Shown in pieces: positions 8,985 to 16,633 of a stretch of 32,000 nt of DNA; position 1 is the first letter of the stretch; each line of letters opens with the position of its first letter. Below the pieces are notes generated by a model. The model saw nothing but the letters and a program-made list of their open reading frames with translations. It made no database searches and was not told where the DNA came from. Where the stretch lies: assembly GCA_016699265.1 (NCBI GenBank), contig CP064967.1:600001-632000 (forward strand), written 5' to 3'. Both the position numbers and the translations under genes were made by a program. This DNA is from Candidatus Saccharimonadota bacterium. Its GTDB lineage: Bacteria; Patescibacteriota; Microgenomatia; UBA1406; GWC2-37-13.

Positions 8985-9359
8985 TTAAACTCTTCTCAAT
9001 TTTGGTGGTCTCACTCCATTGTGAGGCACCGGCGTAATATCTATAATTTTTGATATTTCCAAACTTGAGCCTTTAATAACTCTGAGAGCTGATTCACGTC
9101 CAGGGCCTATACCTTTGACATATACCGCAACCTCTCTCATAGCAAAGTCGCCTGTTGCTTTTTTTATTGTACCGTCTGTGGTCACAGTAGCTGCGTATGG
9201 AGTCGATTTTCTTGTTCCTGCAAAACCATGTCGTCCACTTGAACCAGTCACAATTGGTGAACCTTTTTCGTCAGTGATTGTAACCATTGTGTTGTTAAAG
9301 GTTGCAACCACATAGATTCGACCTTTTTCGACGATTTTTTGATCTTTCTTTTTTTTCAT
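8985..9359 (-). CDS. rpsK: 30S ribosomal protein S11
   Basis: 124 aa; motifs FNNTMVTITDEKG, GFAGTRKSTPYAA and ITPVPHNGVRPPKLRRV. Confidence 0.93.
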   Translation of the reverse strand: MKKKKDQKIVEKGRIYVVATFNNTMVTITDEKGSPIVTGSSGRHGFAGTRKSTPYAATVTTDGTIKKATGDFAMREVAVYVKGIGPGRESALRVIKGSSLEISKIIDITPVPHNGVRPPKLRRV

Positions 9360-9374
9360 ATGATTATATTTGTC

Positions 9375-9419
9375 ATTCCCTATTTAGTCGGGAATCAATG
9401 GATCCCCGCTTCCGCGAGG
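9375..9419. repeat. GC-rich double hairpin in the rpsM-rpsK spacer (ATTCCC-N9-GGGAAT plus CCCCGC-ttcc-GCGAGG)
   Basis: Read directly. The second hairpin has 5 of 6 pairs. It produces the spurious peptide MDPRFREDD in the plus-strand ORF 9302..9568. Confidence 0.5.
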
Positions 9420-9438
9420 ATGACCAAGCTCAGCTTGA

Positions 9439-9861
9439 TCACTTTTTGGCTGCTGGGGCTGCTGCCTGTCCTGTTTCTAACTTTGCCCAAACTTCTTTCT
9501 TAAGTGCTCCAACTGTCTTTCTCTTACCACGCTTAGTTCTCGCGTTTGATTTCGTTCTTTGTCCATAGATTGGTAACCCACGGACATGTCTTATGCCTCT
9601 ATAAGCGCCGATCTCTCTTAATCGTTTTATATGATCGTTCACTTCTTCTCTTAAATTTCCTTCAACAACATAGAGTTTCTCTATTTCTGCACTTATTTTT
9701 TTGAGTTCTTCTTCCGTTATCTCCTTAATTCTTTTCTGCTTATCGATTCCGGTATTTTTAAGAATCTTACCTGATCCATCCCACCCAATGCCGTAAAACA
9801 ATGTCAATGCATACTCTACTCGAGCTGTGTCAGGTAATATGAGTCCTAAAAGTCGTGCCAT
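9439..9861 (-). CDS. rpsM: 30S ribosomal protein S13
   Basis: 140 aa; motifs YALTLFYGIG, IGAYRGIRHVRGLPIYGQRTKSNARTKRG. Confidence 0.93.
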   Translation of the reverse strand: MARLLGLILPDTARVEYALTLFYGIGWDGSGKILKNTGIDKQKRIKEITEEELKKISAEIEKLYVVEGNLREEVNDHIKRLREIGAYRGIRHVRGLPIYGQRTKSNARTKRGKRKTVGALKKEVWAKLETGQAAAPAAKK

Positions 9862-9953
9862 GATTTAATTCGTGATTTTTAGTTTGTAATTTTTATTAAA
9901 TATTAAATTTTTAGTTTTAAATAGAACTTATGAATTAAGAAATATAAATTATA

Positions 9954-10067
9954 TTATCCTTGTCGTTGCTTGTGCTTTGGGTTGGCGCAAATAATATAAA
10001 GTCTACCTTTTCGCTTTACAAGCTGGCATTTTGGACACATTTTTTTAATTGATGATCTAACTTTCAT
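9954..10067 (-). CDS. rpmJ: 50S ribosomal protein L36 (Zn-ribbon type)
   Basis: Not in the ORF track because it is under 60 aa. My translation: [37 protein letters not shown]. Its ATG overlaps the infA stop in an ATGA overlap at 10064-10067. Confidence 0.9.
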   Translation of the reverse strand: MKVRSSIKKMCPKCQLVKRKGRLYIICANPKHKQRQG

Positions 10068-10279
10068 ATTCGATATACAATTCTTCCTCGATCAAGATCA
10101 TATGGAGTGATCTCGATGCGAACCTTGTCTCCGGGTAGAATCTTAATATAATGCTTTCGCATTTTCCCAGATAAATAGCACATGATCATTTTATCGGAGT
10201 CTTTGATTTTAACACGAAAAAGTGTATTTGGTAGGTTCTCTACGACCTCCCCCTCAACCACAATAAAATCACTTGCCAT
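10064..10279 (-). CDS. infA: translation initiation factor IF-1
   Basis: Motifs [21 protein letters not shown]...[36 protein letters not shown] prefer the MASDF start at 10279 (71 aa, normal IF-1 length) over the track start at 10300. Confidence 0.9.
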   Translation of the reverse strand: MASDFIVVEGEVVENLPNTLFRVKIKDSDKMIMCYLSGKMRKHYIKILPGDKVRIEITPYDLDRGRIVYRI

Positions 10280-10301
10280 CAAGCTAAAATTATAGCACAA
10301 A

Positions 10302-11054
10302 TTATGTCAAAATGAGCGTATTTTTATCTGAAACAGCTAGACTATGTTCAAACTGGGCAGATAATGACCCGTCCTTGGTAATGAGACTCCAGTCGTTTCC
10401 GGGTTCTTGGATCATCTCTCCTGACCCCATAGCGTACATTACCTCCACGGCTATTACCAACCCAGGTGTAATTTTCACAGTCTGTTCCCTCGGTTTACTC
10501 ACAAAACACGGCACATACGGCTCTTCGTGAAGCTCTTTACCCACGCCATGACCGGTCAGACGCCTAATGATACTGTAGCCTTCCGACTCTATTCTGTCCT
10601 GAAATGCTTTGGAGATATCGCCTATATAATTACCTACCTTCACAGCCTTTATGGCATCGATTAAGGCATCTTTTCCTGCCTGTAAAAACCTCTCAATTGT
10701 TTCATCGCGGCTATCTCCAACCATAAAAGAAATTGCATAGTCGGTGTGAAATCCACCAAAATATGCGCCAGCATCTATTGTTAACAGATCTCCATCCTTC
10801 AGAACATAGGATGAAGGGGGCGTGTGCACTATCTGAGCATTTACCGAGGTACAGGTTGCCCAACTATAGTTGTCGACTTTGTTAAAGGATATATCCGCTC
10901 CTCTTTTTTTAAGACCTTTTTGAACTAACTGATCAATCTCCATGGTAGTAATTCCTGGCTTGACCTGCAGCACTACCTCCCGCATCACTTCTTTAAGAAT
11001 AGCTCCACCTTGTTGCATGGTCTTAATCTCATCTGGGGTTTTATAGTGAATCAT
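10302..11054 (-). CDS. map: type I methionine aminopeptidase
   Basis: 250 aa; metal-ligand blocks [41 protein letters not shown] and QFEHS. Confidence 0.92.
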   Translation of the reverse strand: MIHYKTPDEIKTMQQGGAILKEVMREVVLQVKPGITTMEIDQLVQKGLKKRGADISFNKVDNYSWATCTSVNAQIVHTPPSSYVLKDGDLLTIDAGAYFGGFHTDYAISFMVGDSRDETIERFLQAGKDALIDAIKAVKVGNYIGDISKAFQDRIESEGYSIIRRLTGHGVGKELHEEPYVPCFVSKPREQTVKITPGLVIAVEVMYAMGSGEMIQEPGNDWSLITKDGSLSAQFEHSLAVSDKNTLILT

Positions 11055-11066
11055 ACGGATAGAAGA

Positions 11067-12197
11067 TTATGAGAAGTAAACAGTGTCGTACACTTCATCA
11101 AGTTTATCCTGAAACTCTTCTTTGGAAAAATTATTTTTGACTAAGAAGTCTGCAAATGCAATAGTTGGTCCCATATTTGTTCCGAAAAGTTCATTAATGT
11201 CTCTCTTCTCACCTCCATGTCCTGGCCTATCTTGAGTTCTGGAACCAAGCCGAGAATAACGTATATTCTTTTCTGCGAATAATGCCATTATGTAAATGTC
11301 GGTATTCTTAAGTTCTAATGTAAGGTATTCATATTCTTTCCAAGATCTCATTCCATCGATCACAACGATATTATTTTTTTTAAGATCCTTCTTTATGCTG
11401 TCTAGATTTAACTTTGCCATTGCTTCCATTCCATGGGTTCTGCGCAATTCTTCACGTACAATCTTATGATATTCCTCTTTCTGTGCATGATATCTTTTTT
11501 GAACCTCATCAGTTACCACTTTACCAAAATGTATAACCGGAACTTTTCGAGACTTAAAGTGAGCAGCTGCTTCAGACTTACCAGACCCTGGTAGACCGAC
11601 GATGGCGATTATCGCCTTTTTGTGCTGTTGCCATGCGCTCAATTTATTCTCAATAAGCTGTTTTCCTAAACTCTTAAGAATTTCTTGATTTACCTCCTCA
11701 ACAGTTTGAGTACCATCTATGTCGGCAAGTTTTCCTTTCTTTCGGTAGTAATCTAAAACTGGTACCGTTAACTTTTTGAATGACTCAATTCTTTTTTTGA
11801 GCGCTTGTATGGTGTTATCTATTCGATCATCATCTTTACGATACGCAAGTCTCCATAGGGCGTCTTTATCGGGAATATCGACATAGATTACCTTATCAAC
11901 GTGATTGATAAATTTCTTTGCCTGAGCAAGTGTTCGAGGAAACCCATCGAGAATATATCCGTTTGCGTATTCTTTACGAGATAGGTAGGAGTTCACGATC
12001 TCAATCGTTTTGTCATCAGGAATAAGAATTCCGGCATTCATCACGGTCTTGATATATCTTCCAAGCTGCGTCTTCTCCTTCGCAATCTTACGGAAGATGT
12101 GACCGGTTGAAAGGTATGGAAGTCCGAGTTGCTTGACTAGTAGATTACCTTGAGTGGATTTTCCAGCACCCTGAATACCCATCAATACTAATTTCAT
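11067..12197 (-). CDS. adk: adenylate kinase fused to a second P-loop nucleotide-kinase-like domain (UPF0200 / dephospho-CoA-kinase-like)
   Basis: A single uninterrupted 376-aa ORF. Residues 1 to about 185 are short-LID Adk (GIQGAGKSTQ, GYILDGFPRT). Residues from about 193 carry a second Walker A (IVGLPGSGKSE) plus VIDGMRSWKEYEY and KRDINELFGTNMGPTIAFADFLVKNN. There is no Met or stop in the linker. Confidence 0.85.
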   Translation of the reverse strand: MKLVLMGIQGAGKSTQGNLLVKQLGLPYLSTGHIFRKIAKEKTQLGRYIKTVMNAGILIPDDKTIEIVNSYLSRKEYANGYILDGFPRTLAQAKKFINHVDKVIYVDIPDKDALWRLAYRKDDDRIDNTIQALKKRIESFKKLTVPVLDYYRKKGKLADIDGTQTVEEVNQEILKSLGKQLIENKLSAWQQHKKAIIAIVGLPGSGKSEAAAHFKSRKVPVIHFGKVVTDEVQKRYHAQKEEYHKIVREELRRTHGMEAMAKLNLDSIKKDLKKNNIVVIDGMRSWKEYEYLTLELKNTDIYIMALFAEKNIRYSRLGSRTQDRPGHGGEKRDINELFGTNMGPTIAFADFLVKNNFSKEEFQDKLDEVYDTVYFS

Positions 12198-12204
12198 TGT
12201 TTGT

Positions 12205-12300
12205 CTATAAAGTTTATAAAGTCCTTTAAGTCCTTAAAGTGTTTTTGTTCAAAAATTTGTTTTGACATTATAGACTTTTGACTTTATGGACCTTTGACTA
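12205..12300. repeat. motif array spacer between rpmG and adk: four ataaagt-type 9-mers, then about four units of the reverse-complement motif gactttat
   Basis: Read directly: tataaagtt tataaagtc ctttaagtc cttaaagtg ... gacattata gactttt gactttatg gaccttt gacta. Confidence 0.55.
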
Positions 12301-12471
12301 ATCAAGCTTCTTTTTTTCCTTATGGGAAGCTCGTTTACGACATGCTCGACAGTATTTGTTCAGCTTTAATGGTTCGGTTGTATTTACTTTGTTTTTTTGT
12401 GTGGTGTAGTTCTGTGAACCACATACTTCACAAACTAATCCAACCAAAACTCTTGATCCTTTTCGTGCCAT
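12298..12471 (-). CDS. rpmG: 50S ribosomal protein L33 (Zn-binding form)
   Basis: Not in the ORF track (57 aa). My translation: MARKGSRVLVGLVCEVCGSQNYTTQKNKVNTTEPLKLNKYCRACRKRASHKEKKKLD*. It has CxxC...CxxC and the KNxxxxxxxLxLxKYC pattern of L33. The plus-strand track ORF 12294..12509 is its antisense. Confidence 0.85.
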   Translation of the reverse strand: MARKGSRVLVGLVCEVCGSQNYTTQKNKVNTTEPLKLNKYCRACRKRASHKEKKKLD

Positions 12472-12562
12472 ATATCTTTAATTTAAAATTTTTAATTTGT
12501 AATTTGTAATCAATTTTTAATTTTTAATTTCTAAATAAAAATTTAAAACTATAAATTAAAAA

Positions 12563-13831
12563 TTAACGTGCGTATCGATCGTAATTTTTCATGACCATCT
12601 GTGACTCAACCGTCTTGAAGGTTTCCAAAATTACTGACACAACTATTAAAATCCCTGTTCCTCCGATCACCAAACTAGTTATCCCAGTTATTGATGAAAG
12701 GATTGCAGGCAAGATAGCTATTATACCTAAAAATAATGCTCCAACACTAGTGATTTTATAAATTACCCCAGATAGGTAGTTGCTCGTGGCTGATCCGGGT
12801 CTAATTCCTGGAATAAAACCCCCGGCTTTTTGAATTTCTTCTGCAATTTTTTGAGGGTTAAACACAACCAAAGTATAGAAAAATGTAAACCCAACTACTA
12901 AGAAAAAATAAACGAGATTATATACGGCTCCTGCTGGATTAAATAGTTGGGCTAGGCCAAGTGCTGCTGACGCTACCGTTTTGTTACTTACCTGCCCTAG
13001 AAAATTTCCCAAAAGTTGAGGAAGCAACACGAATGAAACAGCAAAGATTATTGGAATAACACCGGCCTGATTAAGCTTTAAAGGTAGGAAGTTAGTTGCA
13101 GACTGGTACATTTTATTGCCTTTTACGCGCTTAGCATAATATACCGGAATTTTTCGTATCGCTTCGTTTACAAATACGACTCCTGCAATAACGAGTAACG
13201 AGAGACTAAGGAAAATAACTAGATTTAAAGCCGTCTCAGGAGTTACGGTACCTAATACTTGTTGGAATATAACCGGTGCACGTCCCACTATACCGGCGAA
13301 AATAAGAAGAGATATGCCCTGCCCTAAACCGTACTCTGTCAGGAGTTCGCCAAACCATACGAGAATAAATGTTCCGGCCACAAGTGTGAAAATGAATGAG
13401 AAAACCACAGGGCTGATTGAAATAATGTTCTGATTTCTTAGTAAAAATAAATACCCACCGCCTGAACAATGGTTAATGGAACAGTAAGCAATCGAGATAT
13501 TGATTTATCTCAAACCTACCGTATTCACCCCTTTCGCAAGCTGTTCGAAACGAGGTACTACCACAGTCAATAACTGAAAATAATCGATGCGTTGATATAA
13601 GGGTTTAGTCCAAAGCCATTACCGAAAAATTAACCAGTGTTCCTCCAGAGAAAATATCAAGAAGAGATAGAAATTGATTTGGCTGAATAGTGCCTTAAGT
13701 TTGATGAGATCGACTCGAAGGAACTGGTAAAGCAAAGACTCTAAAACAAAAAAATGAATAGCGTGAAGTAAGTTTTCTTTTTAGTTCAGGGTCCTTTACA
13801 AGGAGCTTAGTTTATCGGTTATTTGACGCAT
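12563..13831 (-). pseudogene. secY: preprotein translocase SecY; 3' two-thirds intact, 5' third (about 13447-13831) broken by multiple frameshifts
   Basis: The intact 281-aa ORF 12563..13408 is the SecY C-terminal part (GGFIPGIRPG...). Upstream, pieces in shifting frames read MRQITDKLSSL / KDPELKKK / [47 protein letters not shown] / PLTIVQAVGIYF / LLRNQNIISISPVVFS. The first break from the 3' side lies in a T-run at about 13447-13451. Confidence 0.8.
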
Positions 13832-14269
13832 GAGTTTCAACAGTTCCGCCTGCTTTTTCTATTACCGCTTTGCAGATTGAGTAATTGGTAATTTTACTGT
13901 CAGTTTTTGCTGGAGAGTACCCTTGCCAACAATCTTAATAATGCATCCGTATCGCTTTTGGTAATTATTTTTGTCTTCAAGCAACCCAGCAACTGTTACA
14001 ACATCATTATCTCGCAAACTCTCTAACTTTCTACAGCAACTGGGAACACAACCGCTCTGTGGGAGTTGTTTTTACCTTTTCCACGAAGTAAAGGATATTT
14101 TTTGACCAATCGACCCTGACCTCCTCAAAATGAAGTGGCGTATCGACTCTCGCTTTCTGGTGTCTTGTGATTCCTCTGGTAGATTTTGCTCCTTTCCACT
14201 ACCATAACCACGACCCAATCGTTTTGATTTCTTTCTTCCGATGCTGGTTAGATTTGATAGAAATGCCAT
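13812..14269 (-). pseudogene. rplO: 50S ribosomal protein L15, reading frame broken several times
   Basis: The N-terminus MAFLSNLTSIGRKKSKRLGRGYGSGK is L15-like and then drifts out of frame. The C-terminal piece ...IEKAGGTVETHASNNR* is recovered in another frame. Boundaries are approximate. Confidence 0.7.
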
Positions 14270-14328
14270 ATATATTACTTAGTCCCTTTAACTTTCTTGA
14301 CATCCGCAGCCTTGACTGGAGGATTCGC

Positions 14329-14856
14329 TTATGTGGACATAACTTCCTCGGTCTTTTCAACTACTGTTTTTGTTTCTCCTGCCGTTATTCGAGGTTTCAG
14401 TTTTTTCAACGCCTCAATTATTGCATAGGTATTCGCTATTTGATTTCTAGAACGGATTATTTTTCCTGAAGATTCTCTACCCAGCAAGTTTAGTATTGCG
14501 CGCAACGCTTCCCACCTTAAGACCGGTTCCAAGTGGAGCGGGCTTTAGCAATACCCCTTTGCTGCCTTGTATTTGAGAAGTATCATGTGGAATTGAGGAC
14601 TTAACAAAGGAACAACAATAATGTTTTTGCACTGCGTGATAGCCTTTTAATTGCTGCGGAACCTCAGCAGAACTTCCAAGACCAACTCCCACCTTTCCTT
14701 TTTATTACCAATCACAACAAGTGAGGAGAAAGTGACTTTGTTACCTTCCAGTTGTCTTTTTAACCACTCTTCGGATAAGCAGGACTCTCTCCTCAAACTC
14801 TTTATCCTTTGGCCCTCGTATCTCCTATTATTTGGTGTTCTTGTATTATTAAACAT
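14329..14856 (-). pseudogene. rpsE: 30S ribosomal protein S5, reading frame broken several times
   Basis: Fragments across three track ORFs: MFNNTRTPNNRRYEG...GNKVTFSSLVVIGNKK, GVGLGSSAEVPQ...KPAPLGTGL and KIIRSRNQIANTYAIIEALKKLK. Confidence 0.75.
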
Positions 14857-14863
14857 ATTTTTC

Positions 14864-15188
14864 TTAAATTACTACTCCGTTCTCCCTCAAACTTTCTGCA
14901 AATTGTTTCACTCGACCGTGATATAGATATCTACCTCGATCAAACAAAGCTTTCTGCACCTTTAGCCTTTTGAGTTTCTCAGCCAATCTGACTCCAATAG
15001 CCTTTGGGTCTGTTCCTTTAGCTGCTGCGATTGTAACACGCTTCACATCATCTATTGCTTGGCCATACAAAATTTATTAGATCGAAAACGCTTATGCGAG
15101 GTCTTTCCTCAGTGCCTGAAGCTTTGCTCGGACTCTTTTACCTTTCTTTGAATTCTGTTTAATATATATATTAGTTCTTAATTTTCAT
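14864..15188 (-). pseudogene. rplR: 50S ribosomal protein L18, 5' part frameshifted
   Basis: The intact C-terminal 68 aa read YGQAIDDVKRVTIAAAKG...LFDRGRYLYHGRVKQFAESLRENGVVI. The upstream ATG at 15186-15188 gives MKIKN... followed by stops and frame changes. Confidence 0.75.
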
Positions 15189-15204
15189 TTCTTAGTTGTT
15201 AATA

Positions 15205-15746
15205 TTACGCCGCTCCTGCTGCCTTCGCCTTCTTTCCAGGCTTAAGTTTTAGATACCGCCCGCATATCGAATTCCTTTCCTTTGTATGGATCCGGTTTTC
15301 TGTTAACTTAACTAAATATGCTACCTCTCCCGCTAACTGTTTATCGACGCTTGATATAGTGATCAGATTTGTACCTCAACACTAAAGGTAACACCCGGTC
15401 TCGCCTTAAAGACAACTGGATGTGAAACCCAGTTTTTAAAGCTAGATTCTGACCTTCCATCTTAACATTAAATCCAGTTCCAACGATTTCCAACTTTTTT
15501 CCCAAGGTTTTGAACACCTTCAACCGCATTTGCTATCAGACTTCTAAACAACCCGTGTAATGACTTGGTCTTTTATCATCTTTTGTTCGTCCTACTGTGA
15601 GAACACCGTTCTCTTGAATCACTTTAATGGTATTTGGTACCTCAATTTTAAGCTCACCCTTGGTCCTTTTACAAGCACGGAACTACTCTGATATCTACGG
15701 TTACTACTGGTTCTACTTTAATTATTTTTTCTCCAATTTTTGACAT
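15205..15746 (-). pseudogene. rplF: 50S ribosomal protein L6, reading frame broken many times
   Basis: From ATG at 15746: MSKIGEKIIKVEPVVTVDI.. / VKGPKGELKIEVPNTIKVIQENGVLTV / LIANAVEGVQN / ...GKK...EIVGTGFNVKMEGQNLALKTGFH / IRYAGG..LKLKPGKKAKAAGAA*, spread over all three frames. Confidence 0.72.
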
Positions 15747-15770
15747 ATTATTTATAGTGAGTTTATCGAA

Positions 15771-16151
15771 CTACCAAATCTCAAATAATAACTTCCGCCT
15801 AACTTCGACTTTCTTGCCTCAACATTGGTCATCAATCCTCTTGAGGTCGAGATGATCATGTATCCTGTCCCGCTCATAACTGGCTTGATATCGTTTACCG
15901 TTATATACCAACGCCGACCTGGTTTTGATCTAATCGTCACATTGGTAAAGACTGCTTCACCATGCTTGTATCTCAGCACGATATTTATTTCTTTTTACAC
16001 CGACAGTCTCAACACTGTAGTCCTGGATGAATCGAGCGACTTTAATTTTTAAGCACTTGCTCCTTTAGTTTAGAGTGTGGTGAAGAAATTTCTCTCTTTG
16101 GCGAGGTATCCATTTTATTCTGATCACTAAATCAATTATTCCGTTGTTCAT
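15771..16151 (-). pseudogene. rpsH: 30S ribosomal protein S8, reading frame broken several times
   Basis: ATG at 16149-16151. Adding one base at the run at about 16113-16116 gives MNNGIIDLVIRIKNGYLAKEREISSPHSKLKEQVLK. Later pieces read LDFIQDYSVETVG and LRYKHGEAVFTNV...ISTSRGLMTNVEARKSKLGG, and (after one more shift) KLLFEIW* with the stop at 15771-15773. Confidence 0.75.
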
Positions 16152-16154
16152 ATG

Positions 16155-16439
16155 TTAGGTTGCTGAAATCACTTTCTTTGTAACTTTTCCATGGCTTCTG
16201 AATGTTCTGGTCAATGAGAACTCACCCAAACGGTGACCAATCATCGACTCTGAGATTAAAACCTCAATATGTTTACGTCCATTATGAATTGCGATTCTGT
16301 GACCTACAAAATCTGGCGCGATTACAGACTGTCTCGCCCATGTCTTTATCGGAGTTCTCTCTCCTGTATTTTTCTGAGTTGCAATTCTCTTCATTACGTT
16401 CTCGTCGATGTATGGTCCTTTTTTTGATGATCTACTCAT
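16155..16439 (-). CDS. rpsS: 30S ribosomal protein S19, in a non-canonical position
   Basis: 94 aa: MSRSSKKGPYIDENVMKRI...IKTWARQSVIAPDFVGHRIAIHNGRKHIEVLISESMIGHRLGEFSLTRTFRSHG is unmistakably S19. It sits 6 nt after the rpsN stop and 3 nt before the rpsH start. Confidence 0.92.
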   Translation of the reverse strand: MSRSSKKGPYIDENVMKRIATQKNTGERTPIKTWARQSVIAPDFVGHRIAIHNGRKHIEVLISESMIGHRLGEFSLTRTFRSHGKVTKKVISAT

Positions 16440-16445
16440 ATATTT

Positions 16446-16631
16446 TTACCAAGAAACTTTTTTAACTCCTGGAATTTCGCCAGCTAACGCTCTCTGTCTG
16501 AAGCATATTCTACAGAGCCCAAATCGTCTCATATAGCCTCGAGCTCTACCGCACAATGCACATCTGCTCACATGACGAACATCGAACTTCTGCTTATGTA
16601 AAAACTTAACTACTGATGATGTTTTTGCCAT
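16446..16631 (-). CDS. rpsN: 30S ribosomal protein S14, short Zn-binding (type Z) form
   Basis: 61 aa with [22 protein letters not shown] (CxxC...CxxC) and a C-terminal GVKKVSW. Confidence 0.92.
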   Translation of the reverse strand: MAKTSSVVKFLHKQKFDVRHVSRCALCGRARGYMRRFGLCRICFRQRALAGEIPGVKKVSW

Positions 16632-16633
16632 AT

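Noticed and set aside
12294-12509. 71-aa plus-strand ORF between secY and adk
   Set aside because: It is the antisense of a clear L33 gene on the operon strand (12298..12471), and its translation is low-complexity and hydrophobic.
12472-12562. AT-rich repetitive spacers (also 9862-9953, 17171-17280, 4948-5060) as a possible CRISPR array or degenerate CRISPR
   Set aside because: The repeat units are only 7-9 nt, irregularly spaced and imperfect, with no unique spacers of 25-40 nt and no cas genes. This is low-complexity DNA, not CRISPR.
14270-14328. A hidden or degraded rpmD (L30) between rpsE and rplO
   Set aside because: Only 59 nt are available against about 180 nt needed, and no L30-like peptide appears in any frame.
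13440-16151. Alternative genetic code, programmed frameshifting or RNA editing as an explanation for the broken r-protein genes
   Set aside because: The breaks require both frame directions at irregular positions, and stops of all three kinds appear in the wrong frames. About 25 neighbouring genes read cleanly with the standard code, with TGA, TAA and TAG all serving as genuine stops. No slippery-site pattern recurs.
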